This document shows positions 1-13,500 of a stretch of 64,000 nucleotides of DNA, piece by piece. A model generated the notes under the pieces. That model worked only from the letters and a program-made list of their open reading frames with translations, was not told the origin of the DNA and did no database searches. The position numbers and the translations under genes are program-made. Source of the DNA: Tubiluchus corallicola (lineage: Eukaryota > Animalia > Priapulida); the NCBI GenBank assembly GCA_030141605.1, contig JAQGDQ010000593.1:69141-133140 (forward strand), written 5' to 3'. Position 1 is the first letter of the stretch. Each line of letters starts with the position of its first letter.

Positions 1-505
1 CACGTATATAGTTTTAAATAAGAGATAAAGTGTTAAATGAAGATCGCGATCTCGTTTGTTTACGTGTTTAATTTCTGGAAGTTCGTGTCACGTGTTTCCA
101 AGTCAATTTTGGCAATACAGTTGTAAATGTTGTTTGATTGAGAGAGAACTCGTTTCATACTCGCTTGTTTTACACGTGTGCGCAGAGATTGAGATAGTTT
201 AGTTGTTCTAGGCCTGCAGGGTACATCAGTAACTTGCTCGACTGTTGTTTATTTGAACTGGCCCCCGTGTTTATATGTCGACATAAAAACATTTTTATTT
301 GAAAAATGTCTTTATTCATTGCTGAGCTGCGCCGAAATGTTTCCTCAGTTGTAAATCTTCGGTCTCGAGCCGAGCGAATGATTTAGCATCACGTAGGAAC
401 ACGTCCTACAAAAATAAACTACATACTGTTAGATTAGCCATTTTGGGTCTTGTGTCTGCTGTCGGTTCATAGCACAGTGGAAGTGAGCCGCTAACATGCT
501 ACACC

Positions 506-1108
506 AGTTCATGTGGATAACTCAGGTTTATCAAAAAACCTACTAACTGCATTGTGAATAAGTTAAAGATAAAGAAAAGTTGCAGTAAGTTAAAGATAAA
601 GTTATAAGGTAAAGAAGAAGTGGCCCAAAGATTTCTCCTTGCGAAACTCCTTGCACAGTTCATGTAGATAACTCAGGTTTATCAAAAAACCTGCTAACTG
701 CTTGGTGAGTAAGTTAAAGATAAAGAAAAGTTGCAGTAAGTTAAAGATAAAGTTATAAGGTAAAGAAGAAGTGGCCCAAAGATTTCTCCTTGCGAAACTC
801 CTTGCACAGTTCATGTAGATAACTCAGGTTTATCAAAAAACCTGCTAACTGCATTGTGAATAAGTTAAAGATAAAGAAAAGTTGCAGTAAGTTAAAGATA
901 AAGTTATAAGGTAAAGAAGAGTGGCCCAAAGACTTCTCCTTGCGAAACTCCTTGCACAGTTCATGTAGATAACTCAGGTTTATCAAAAAACTTGCTAACT
1001 GCATTGTGAATAAGTTAAAGATAAAGAAAAGTTGCAGTAAGTTAAAGATAGAGTTATAAGGTAATGAAGAGTGGCCCAAAGATTTCTCCTTGTGAAACTC
1101 CTTGCACT
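506..1108. repeat. Tandem repeat, ~150 bp x4
   Basis: CAGTTCATGT recurs at 506, 656, 807 and 957. Confidence 0.9.
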
Positions 1109-1605
1109 GCAATAATTCCTTTACTTTAATCAGTCATGGTCTCGATTAATACATATTGGAATGATAAATTGTTCAGTATGTGGCGTATTTACTGCTAGTT
1201 AAAGTGCTTTGGTCATTGATGCTAAAACTTTCTAGTCCAAATTTTTTTCTTTTGTACACAAAGTAAATTGTTATGTTATTTGGTGATTATTGAAAACTTG
1301 TTGTATATAGAAATGCATGCCTGTAACTAAGTTCTTGTGATATAATTAAACATGGTACAAACACATCGTAATACAATACAAATGTAGGTGTCCAATTACA
1401 AAGCAATTATTTGCAAACTAAAGAAAAGGGGTACTAAAATAAGTTCTTAAATAAATCCCCATATTTTGTAACATGAGATTTGCATATTGATACAGAATTT
1501 CTTTCTTTTGTACATTGTTTTTTAGCAAGACAGTTCTCTTTCACAGATTAACTCTCTAAGTTTTAACCTTTTACATTCATTTTACTATGGTTTCAAAAAC
1601 AACTT

Positions 1606-2080
1606 CGTTGTTGTTGTTGATGATGATGATTTTGATGTTGTTGTTGTTGTTGTTGTTGTTGTCATCGTCGTCGTCATTGTCGTTTCTGTTGTTGTTGCTG
1701 TTGCTGCTGCTGTTGTTCTTGTTGTCGTCATCGTCATCATTGTCGTTGCTGTTGTTGTTGCTGTTGCTGCTGCTGTTGTTGTTGTTGTCTTCATCGTCAT
1801 CATTATCGTTGCTGTTGTTGTTGTTGTCTTCATCGTCATCATTGTCGTTGCTGTTGTTGTTGTTGTTGTTGTCGTCATCGTCATCATTGTCGTTGCTGCT
1901 GTTGTTGTTGTTGTCGTCATCCTTATCATTGTCGTTGCTGCTGTTGTTGTTGTTGTCGTCATCGTCATCATTCTCGTTGCTGCTGTTGTTGTTGTTGTCG
2001 TCATCATCATCATTGTCGTTGCTGTTGCTGTTGTTGTTGTTGCCGTCGTCATTGTCGTTGCTGTTGCTGTTGTTGTTGAA
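1606..2080. repeat. Compound GTT/GCT/TCA trinucleotide repeat
   Basis: Seen directly. Confidence 0.9.
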
Positions 2081-3789
2081 CTCAAACTTGAAAAAAGTGA
2101 AAAGCTACTTATTTCTCGTGTCATTTGATCATTTGCCCTTTATTATTTGACCTAATCCGTTGGAGCTACGTAAATGCACACTTAAAAGTCAATCATTCAC
2201 CTTTTTGCCCTGCCACCTCCTTCGCGGGCTTTGATACTAATTGATTTTCTTCGGCGTCTCTTTTTAGCTGAAGCCATTTTAGCGATTTGCTTCTTTGTCC
2301 ATTCCCGGGGGGGAGTGAAGCTGATCCCGGACACAACCGGCTGATGCGCATATGATGAGGGACACGAGATTCCGGACAATGAAATTCGCATTTCAACCAA
2401 ATCGGCTTCATCTGGCTCGTGATTCTCAAATAATTAACTACCATTTACAGGCGCTGGCTTCGCTCGCCGGCGGATTATGCTTCACTTTTTCACGATTAGA
2501 CTTGGGAATACTGCAGTCTCTGATCTGAATTCTATTAGGGAGTCGAATAATCAGTACGATTTGCTCCGAATTAACGCGATCTAAACCCGATTCCATGACG
2601 CGACTTTGAACGAATGTTTTCTGACTGTGTTTGCAAAGTATTAGTATTAGTAGTAGTAGTAGAAAGTAGTAGAAAGTAGAAAGTAGTAGTAGAAAGTATT
2701 AGTAGTAGCATAAATACAATGAAGTAGCAGAAAGATAGTTGAATTTACAGTCCATTGTTCTTATCATTATGAATTAATCACAAGCGAGTCACACTGGTAT
2801 ATGAATTAAAATAGTTGACTAGCCTAACTATATAATAAACTGACTTTGTACAACGGGAAAAATGGTTAAACGTTGCAGTTTGAAATTTTAAGCGAACAGT
2901 AAACATTAATAGAAGCAATCTTAGTTTTGAAAAGTTTCTAAAACTTGAAAGTAAATTTCAAGTTAGGCAGTATTCCAACCTCGAGATTACTAAAATATAC
3001 ATCATCTTGACACGAAGACATAGTTACAAGTTGCAGTTCATTAATGCATGTTTTTTCATTTGTGTCTCTCCGCATATACATAGTCTTTGGTTTCTCTGTC
3101 TACCGTCCCACGTACCGGTCTCAATTCTTAAGTGATGTGCTTGCTTAGTCGAGAGAAAGTTATGTGGTATTTTTCTGTAGTATTCTCTGGTATGTTTGGG
3201 ATTTTCAAGTCTGGGTTAAATTCCTTGTAAACGATACGTTACGTAGAGCTACTGTTCAAAACTTTCTCCTTTAGTAAGTTGTGTTGCTGTGCACAGTACA
3301 CTTTCTCATTGACCGCTGATGACATTTTTATTACACTGTCTGGCTATTTCATAAGCTTCAAACAATGTCTGCTGTTTCTCGGGGGAGTTTGCCATCTTCC
3401 TCCAATTATGAACGTGTCTGCACTTGTCCCATGTTGAAAAAGTTGGGTAGCCAGTGTCGCTTTTTCGTTTTTTCAAAACTTATCATAAACTCCATTGCAA
3501 TGATTCAACAGCAAGAATTGTTCATATTCGCTGGGCATTCACAGTTCTTTTACAGTGACATATCTTTCGTGCATGCAGTACTAGTAATTACTGACCTGTC
3601 ACTTGACACTGGGACACGATGACAGCTAGGTTGCTTAATTTTCTGACGCTTTGACAAGAAAATGATATCGTTCGATTGCTCCGTGTTTAATTAGATACTC
3701 AGTTGACTCGCACGTGTATGCCTTTGACATGTGTGAAGGTTTTATTCGCGTACCGAAACGAAACGAACTCACTCATTGTGCCTTATGAT

Positions 3790-4279
<490 letters not shown>

Positions 4280-5377
4280 CTTATGATATCCAAATATCTG
4301 TACAATGTGTATGCCTTTGACATGTTTGAAGGTTTTATTCGCGTATTGAAACTAAACTAACTCACTGATTGTGCCTTATGATATTCAAATATCTGTACAA
4401 TGTGTACATAGTGTCTGTATAACTTCCAAATTACACAAATTTCGAAATGGATATATAGACATTGCCGATTATATTAAGGTGTATTTACTTTTTTCACCCT
4501 GCATCATTATAAATATGGCAAAGATTCATAGAATAATGGTTCGAAAATTGTACCTTGGGGGACTCCTTCGTTAATGCCTCGACTGATTTCTGGTTTAGTA
4601 CATTATTATATGTTGTATGAAATAACTTTTCTTTCGATGCTAATTGTAAGTGGAGACTTGATTATTTTTGAATAGGATCTAAGGTTGTGTATGTATATAT
4701 ATGAGTTACCATATTTGCGCTATAATGAAATAATTCGAATAGTTCATTTCATACTAATGATAAAAAAGCATATGAAATTATTACGTTAAATTATTTGAGG
4801 AAAAACGTGCCTAAATAATCATAAATGATTCTTAACTTTGCATGGTCGCACGTCATGGTATGTTAGTCAGTTTACATGCTAAAAAGCTTAACATTTGCGT
4901 TCCTGAAGAAAGTTTAGATTATATCTTGTTTTCTTATGCAGTTGTCCTTCTACTATTTAAATTTGACGAAATTACCATTTTTGAGTACTGTTTTGCTAGT
5001 ACCATTTTAATAACAGAACACTAAATTTAAGAAACATTAGAACGAACAATTAATATGGAAAGAATTCCATTACTAAGCAAGCAATGCAACTTTGGAATTC
5101 ATTACCGACATCACTAAAACACAGCAGCTCTTTATCAATATTCAAGTCTAAATTAAAAAAACATTTAATGACTCATTTTGAATATCCGACATACGAACAC
5201 GATGATACTTACTCAAATCATAATTTCATTTTTCCTAGACCTTACTAAACTAGTTTATATTTTATTTTTGAATTTCTAGTTGCACTTATAGTTTAGCTTG
5301 CACCAGACGCATTTGCCCAGAACAGTGTGTGTTTTTTTACATGAACTAACACTGATTGTCTGTCTTTTATTATGATG

Positions 5378-5413
5378 GCTGCTGCTGCTGCTGCTACTAC
5401 TACCACCACTACC

Positions 5414-5461
<48 letters not shown>

Positions 5462-5609
5462 ACTACTACTACCACCACTACCACTACTACTGCTGCTACT
5501 ACTACTACCACTACCACTACATCTACCACCACTACTGCTACTACTACTACCACTACTACTGCTACTACTACTACTACTACTACCACTACTACTACCACCA
5601 CCACCACCA

Positions 5610-5654
<45 letters not shown>

Positions 5655-5731
5655 ACTACCACTACCACTGCTACTGCTATTGCTACTACTACTACTACTA
5701 CTACTACTACCACTACCACTACCACTACCAC
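5378..5731. repeat. Compound CTG/CTA/CCA trinucleotide repeat
   Basis: Seen directly. Confidence 0.9.
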
Positions 5732-7439
5732 TTGCACTAGTTCTCAACAATTGGTAGAAAAATTATCTCGTTTTTAAACGTCCAATATGTGTAGGCCGAC
5801 CTATCCTTCAAGAGTTACCCATGAGGCTAAATTATTTCCCAACTGCTGACTAAGAACACCGTTCTCTTGTTTACCAGGCGTTCTTACAATCCCGGCACAG
5901 AATACAGTAATCTTAATGCTGTAAATCACCCTAAGCAGCGCTGAGTGCCTTTTTGCCAATATCAGTGAGTCGGCTCGCTTTTGATCATTGTAATCAAGCG
6001 GTTACCATGTGTAACTAAGCCAGGTGACTTGCCACAAGCTGCGACCGAGACCTACCTGAGTTCTCGGCTCGTACCTGTACAAATAAAAATGCCTTGCTAA
6101 TGATCACGGGACTTACCTGTTTCAAAAAATAGTAAACGTGTCTTTTAGGCGGTCAATCGATTTGATTTGGGTTTTTAGAATTATTAAAAGTATTCGTTCT
6201 GTTAAAGCAAAACCGAGTCTCAGTCTTAAACTGTAGGTCAAAACAATGTACTTAGCAAAATATTGAAAGGAAACATACTATTTTTTGAGAAATTACTTAT
6301 ACGAATGAGTTATTACCACACAGAAGTAATTTCTCGTTCACGCCGCTGTTACACACATTTCGTTATTCGTTAGTTAGACGGGCACTGGCGCCTGCATTTT
6401 CCGAAATGTGTTGCACAAAAAACAAGTGCTGTACCTATCATTTCAAAGATGTTCGTTTGTGACGTGCTGCACGTTTCCGACAGCTCATGTTTGACTACAT
6501 GGGTAAATTTGAAATTTGAATTTTTATCTTAAAACTTACCTAGTTTTAGTACAACACACTGAATATTTTACAGTAGCGCTATACTTCAATTTTCGCTTTT
6601 GCAAACACGTGCAACAGGAATATTTTTGATGTTGAAAATCATGTTCGTTTGTGATGTCATCAGTAGCTGAGCTCGCCCGTCGTTAATTAAGACTTTAATC
6701 TATTATTTAATTATCAGAAATTATTCAGCGTGTTACTGGTGTTAAAGTGTATACTATTTACTGTACTGTACTGGCAACTTTAGTAATATACGAAAATCAT
6801 TCTGTCTTCCATCAAACAACATTGATTTCTTTTTTCTTCCCTGAATGATTTCAGCTCCTTTTCAACGAACCAGTTTACATAATTCGCAAGTCTTTGGCTA
6901 AGTTTTTCTTTAGTCTAGACGTCTTTTAGAAACTTCAAGAGTAATGCTAAAATAATAACAAGCAATTAGAGTAATTAGTCATTTTCTAATTAGTCGTCTT
7001 TTATATTCGTGGTAAGAAATAGTCACTCGTTACTCCCACTCGAATGACCAGAGTTCTCTTTGCGAAGAGTAGCTCTCTTGAAGCGCCCCCCAGCGAGGGA
7101 TGCCATAAACACCACTTGACTCCGGAATTCAAATTACACGCTTCCGAGTTGCTCAAATTCGGATTTTCGGGACGTCGGCGGTGCCGTGCCGAAAGGTGCC
7201 GAACACTTTGTCGGATAAGTAGTTCAAAAACTCATTTGAGCGTCGAATTCTGGTTTGCAGGAGACGTATGCCGCTCTCTAATGTAAGAATGATGGTGACA
7301 AATGATGCAAAACTGAGCAAGACTGCTCAACTTACTGCTCTGTGTAAACTATATATGCGGGGTGGGTAAATATGTGTGAGTTTCACCTCACACCTGCTCT
7401 GTACTTCTCTTAGTTACGTATTAGTATGCTACGTACAGT

Positions 7440-8210
7440 GACTCACTGTCAACTTATCCCTGTAATACTCTCCAGTTCAATCTTCTTCAGTTTCTGCTGA
7501 TGTTAAGATTGTTAATGACCAGAAATATTTGGGTCACATCTTGACCAACACATTAGAAGGTGATCTTGATATTAAACTTCAACGTGATTTATTATGCACG
7601 AGAGTCAATTGTATTATTAGGACGTTGAAAAACTGTTCTGTTCATGTTAAGAGAAAACTTTTTGTAGCATTTTGTACGAAGTGTTATTGCAATAGTCTCT
7701 GGTTTGATCATGATAAAGAAAATATTGAAAGAAAGCGAATTACTTATAATAATTCCACTAGAGGACTCTTTATTCTTCCTAGTCGCTGTAGTGCACGCCA
7801 AATATATGTTGGCTATAATGTACCAAGTTTTTCATGCATACCTAGGAAAGTTGTGTTTAGTCTCAGAAGTAGGCTAGTTTTGAGTCAGAATACTCTTATT
7901 AATAACTTGCTGTACAATACTGATACAATGTACCAAGTTTTTCCTGCATACGTAAGAAGGCTGTGTTTAGTCTCAGAAGTAGGCTGTTTTTGTGTTAGAA
8001 CACTGTTATTAATAACTTGCTGTACAATACTGATACAATGTACCAAGTTTTTCCTGCATACGTAAGAAGGCTGTGTTTAGTCTCAGAAGTAGGCTGTTTT
8101 TGTGTTAGAACACTGTTATTAATAACTTGCTGTACAATACTGATACAATTTTTTAGATCAGACATTTTTAAGTCGTGGCAAAGAATTTTGTTTACTTATT
8201 CTAACTAACC
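7440..8210 (+). mobile_element. LINE RT C-terminal fragment with an internal ~122-bp duplication
   Basis: KYLGHILT-like start, KRKLFVAFCTKCYCNSLW and ITYNNSTRGLF resemble post-RT regions of L2/CR1-group LINEs. Confidence 0.6.
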
Positions 8211-9220
8211 TTTGAATATAAGCTGACTATGTTTCTGTAAACTAACTCTGTGTTTTTACTTGTACCTTTCACCAGCTAATTACACAATTATTAAAATTAA
8301 AAAAAACTTGAATGTTAAACATTTATGGCGTGGTGGGCAGTATTCCTACCTCGAGATTAATAAGATAGACGCCATCTTGAGACCAAGACATAGTATCATT
8401 TAATTTCGTCTTCTGTGAAGTGTATTAATGAAGGCTTTGAAATGCTGATTAACTGATTGTAATATATGGTGTACTTAGATGTAAGTATTTGCGGTGTGGT
8501 AATATTTAAGAGACACACAAAATTAACTGTTTGTGATGTACTAGCGCACAATGCTGGAACAGAAGCAACCGTTAGTGCTTCACTAGATTTCTTCGTGCTT
8601 CAAGGTACGGTAAAGTAAAATGTACACAATTTGCCTACGCTTTTTCATTGTATTTTTTTCACAATTTTCCTTTTATAACTTCTTACAGTTATGTTATTTT
8701 CAAGTATAAAAAATTAGGGTTTAAAGTTTCTAACTATTTGATATAAAACAATTTAATACTTTTGGCGGTACTTGCTAACAATTTGTACAAATCTCTTATA
8801 AATACGTGAATTCAATTTATCTGCACTTCCTGCATTTTTGAAAATTTCTCAATTTTTACGGCAACTTTCTCGGAAATATAAAGCCATTTTGTCAACATCG
8901 CTTCGGCATTTTTAAACTTTTCATTGAATTGTGTTTTTACGTCATAAAATAAAAAAGCCGTTCGAGCATTTATACGCACTTCTTCCCTACGTTCTTGTTT
9001 ATGACGGGGCATGGTAAAATGTAAAATGGAGTCTTGATAATAGTAATAAAGCTATTAGTCTGTGCAAAAATGTGAACTGTTTAATGGATCTTGGTGCTAA
9101 GTTTTGTCTGTTATAATAAGGCGCAGAGACAGAGTTATATAAGTTGCGTATAGTCGGTCTGCCTCCGTATAGTAGGGCATCTGTCTCGGTTTTATTTCGG
9201 ATGGTATCAATTCAATTCAA

Positions 9221-10310
9221 CTTTTATTTCAGCATTAAAATTACCATATAATTTACTAAAAAAAGATAAATTACTGCACATAAACAAACACACAAAATAC
9301 TAACTGTATAAACCTTTTATTTCAGCATTAAAATTACTGTATAATTTACTAAAAAAAGGTAAATTACTATACATAAACAAACACACAAAATACTAACTGT
9401 ATATACCTTTTATTTTAGTATTAAAATTGCCATATAATTAACTTAAAAAGGTAAATTACTATGCATAAACAAACACACAAAATACTAACTGTATATACCT
9501 TTTATTTCAACATTGAAATTACCATATAATTAACTTAAAAAGATAAATTACTATACATAAACAAACACACAAAATACTAACTGTATATACCTTTTAATTT
9601 CAGCATTAAAATTACTGTATAATTAACTTAAAAAGGTAAATTACTATACATAAACAAACACACAAAATACTAATCGTATTTACCTTTTTATTTCAGCATT
9701 AAAATTACAAATTTTACTAAAAAAGATAAATTACTATACATAAACAAACACACAAAATACTAACTGTATATACCTTTTATTTCAACATTAAAATTGCCAT
9801 ATAATTTACTAAAAAAGGTAAATTACTATACATAAACAAACACACAAAATACTAATCGTATTTACCTTTTTATTTCAGCATTAAAATTAACATATAATTT
9901 ACTACAAAAAGATAAATTACTATACATAAACAAACACGCAAATACTGATTGTATTTACCGTTTATTTCAGCATTAAAATTACTGTATAATTTACTAAAAA
10001 AGGTAAATTACTACACGTTAACAAACATACAAAATACTAACTGTATTTACCTTTTATTTCAACATTAAAATTACTGTATAATTTACTAAAAAAGATAAAT
10101 TACTATACATAAACAAACACACAAAATACTGATTGTATTTACCTTTTATTTCAGCGTTAAAATTACCATATAATTAACTTAAAAAGGTAAATTACTATGC
10201 ATAAGCAAACACACAAAATACTGATTGTATTTATCTTTTATTTCAGCATTAAAATTACTGTATATATTTACTAAAAAAGATAAATTACTATACATAAACA
10301 AACACAAAAA
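9221..10310. repeat. AT-rich tandem repeat, ~92 bp x ~12
   Basis: CTTTTATTTCAGCATTAAAATTAC...ACATAAACAAACACACAAAATAC recurs. Confidence 0.9.
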
Positions 10311-10565
10311 ATCACCCGCTTCAATTTGCTGATGTTATGTCGAATATGATACCATGTAAACAATATAATTCAACGTTGTTTAAACGTGTTTCAAGCACTT
10401 GTGTTTTAGCAAAACGTTGTCTGAATTGCTTAATAACACTCGAATAAATAAGCATAATTTCTTGTTTTGTCAAACCTTGCAGTTTTCTATACACTGTGCT
10501 AGTCTTGTTGGCATTATTTTAACACTTGAAATTTAATTCTCATTTTATTTTGCTTTTTGTTAAAG

Positions 10566-13500
10566 TGAGAAGAAAAAAAGAGCTTGGTCGAGACTCCGCT
10601 CTCTGCTGTCCAGTCTGTGGCGTCACCGTGCGACCGGGAGAACTTGAGAGCCATCTGTTGAGCGAATTAGATAAACTTAACAAAATTGCCAGGTACGTTT
10701 CATTTGCTTGTATGTTCCTTCCGCGTTTGTTCCTCGCTCAATTGCTCGTTTCTTTTTGTTTGTTTCTCGCTCGATTGTTCGTTTGTTTGTTTGTTTGTTT
10801 GTCTGTTTGTTCTACACTCGATTGATTGTTTGTTTTTGTTTGTTTGTCTGGTTGTTTGTCTGTTTATTGCTTTTCTATTCATTTATTTGTGCATTCTTGT
10901 TTTTCACCAATTCGTTTATTCACTTTTCTATTGCTTAATTACTCTAATTAATCAATGTCTGTGCCAAACATATAGCATAAATGTTCTGTATAAATTTTAA
11001 TTCCTAACTTTTAATAGATTTAATTATTTTTGGTCTTTTGATCTTGCAAAATGCTAGTGTTTGCATGTAAATGTTAGTGTAAAATTTCTAATGTACAAGT
11101 TAGTGTGTATTTTTAAATAATTAATTTTAATAATTATTTTATTAAAATGTGCGTTCATCCCTGAAGCAGTATCACACTCCTATCTTTCCAATTTTGTTGC
11201 TTTAAAATTTTTAATCTAAAAAATATGTTCACTTGTTTTTGAAAAAATGTTTTTTTCCAGAAGAGGGATAAAGAGTCGAGATTGTACACCGCAGGGTAAA
11301 AAGGTTAGTACTCATTTTTTTCCATAATACCTTGTAGGTAAGATGCAGCGGCAAAGATGACGTTCGTAAGATTGTCAATATGCTGCTTCAAATGGGAAAT
11401 TGCTGTTCTTTAAAGTGCTAAGCTCCATCACTGGTCATTCATATCTGGTGTGTTCAAGTCGATTGACAATTGTGTTCATTGTTAATAAGCCTGTTGTGAT
11501 GATCGTGAGAAGGTCAAAGGTCAAGTATACCAGATAACGTATTTGTATACACTTGACAACGCCTCGCAGCCCATGCTGTTGTAATTGTAACAGTTTTAAC
11601 AGCTAGATGGAACCTTACCTAGTTCATTTTTCCTTTTTTCCTAGCAAGATCCTGCTAGTAAATCACACAAACTGATACATACCTAGGTAATTGAAGTTAC
11701 TGAACTCATGCAGCAGATGACTTTGCTGTACCCACGTCACGTGACGGTTGTAGTTAAGATGTGTTTGCTGTGGTACACTTAACCTTTGACTTACATCATT
11801 TCATTTAAAAGATAAAAATGTGTACAAATTTTCCAAATAATTTTTGCATGTCTATCTTTGACTTTAGAATGTTTTTCTTTGTAATTCAAGGAAAACTGCA
11901 TGATTTTTTGGACTCATTTTAATTTATGTCCAAAATATACATTTTCTTCACTATAAAAGTTACCAATTGCTTCTAATATATGAATATTTACCCTGGAAAG
12001 TTAATTAACAGCAACCAAACACATCTATTGCTTACATCACAAACTAACCACAGTTTGTGCAATGGTAGGCATCTTTCCTGCGCATCAAACACGTTTGCAT
12101 AAGTAAAGATTTCTATAAGACTCAGATGTGATGAGCTCTACATCACAAACGAACACTGCAGTTCATGATCATGCTTGTCACGGTAGAGCGTCTATTTGTC
12201 GGCCACACAAAAAGGAGCCGTTGCCAATCTTAGTGGATTCACTGAGTCGCTTGTAGCTTTGAAAGCTTACCAAAATTTATCCTTCCGATGTAAAATAATT
12301 AATCTGATCTTTGATTTAAAAAACCTGCTGTAGCTTTCAATATTTTAGAGCATACTTTATTTTGAACTAATGTTTGCACAATTGTCCAGTTTTCCTTTAA
12401 CATACATATAATAAATGTTTATCATTAAAGTACAAGTATACATATAATAAATGTTTAACATTAAAGTACAAGTATACATATAATAAATGCATAACATTAA
12501 AGTACAAGTGTAAGACACTAAACATTTTGCTAATAAACGATGATTTTATTTGTTCACAAGTTCGGCCCCTGCGTTTATGTAAACCAACTAAAGACAGTCT
12601 CTCCTCGTTATTATGAAAGTTCTCAAGCTCACAGATTTTTTTATTATACACTTATATAAACACAGTAAAAGGAAATCAGACAGTTTGTTAACATCTAATG
12701 TATTTGTACACCTGCCAGACACTAACAATCCCCCCTTTCGCACACACACACACACACTCCACGTTTCCACGTTGACATATTTATCACGGATGATACAACG
12801 TTCACAGACAGACGTGGAGAAAAATTCGAATTCGAAATAATTTGTTGGCGACAGCGCACGTAATTTTGCTGTTGTTTGTTTGCGCGTGGCGTTCTCGAAT
12901 CGGGAGTTTATAATTAATTTTTAAACTGTGGTTTGTTGACAACAACTATTGACAAAAATAAAAAAATAACCATTCAGAAAATTTCTCCAAGAAATTTATT
13001 AATAGTGTTCAGCTATTTCATCAAAATTTAATTAAATTGAACTGTCAGTCAATAATTGGCATATTAAAACTCCTGTCACTGAGTTTTGGAACTACATAAT
13101 AGATCATTTGTCTTTCCTTTCAAAGAATTTGTTCACAATTCACAGTTCCTGCGATTGATGATGATCGTGAATAGGTCAAAGGTTAAGTGTTCCAGACAAC
13201 ATATTTGTGTACACTCAACAACGCCTCGCAACCCATGCTATTGTAATAGTAACAGTTTTAACAGCTAGCTATAACATTACCTAGTTCATTTTTTCTTGTT
13301 CCCAAGCAAGATCCTGCTAGTAAATCTTTCTACTCACAGACCAATGCATAATTCAGTAAAGTCCACGTAAAACAACTGGTGTTGCTGTACTCAGACAGCT
13401 GACGGCTTTGCTTTACACACATATTACGTGAAATCAGGATTAATGTCATTTTACGTATGCCTTAAAAATACTAGTCTTAGTATATTCATTTTTTGGGCTT

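Noticed and set aside
460-505. tRNA/SINE-like A-box fragment
   Set aside because: Too short; no B box or cloverleaf.
2190-2620. GC-richer unique sequence with short ORFs
   Set aside because: No motifs or splice pattern. It may be regulatory, but this cannot be supported from sequence alone.
7044-7286. GC-richer segment ending in a GTAAGA donor, as a possible RNF220 upstream exon
   Set aside because: No open frame in the phase needed by exon 10566, and no recognisable similarity.
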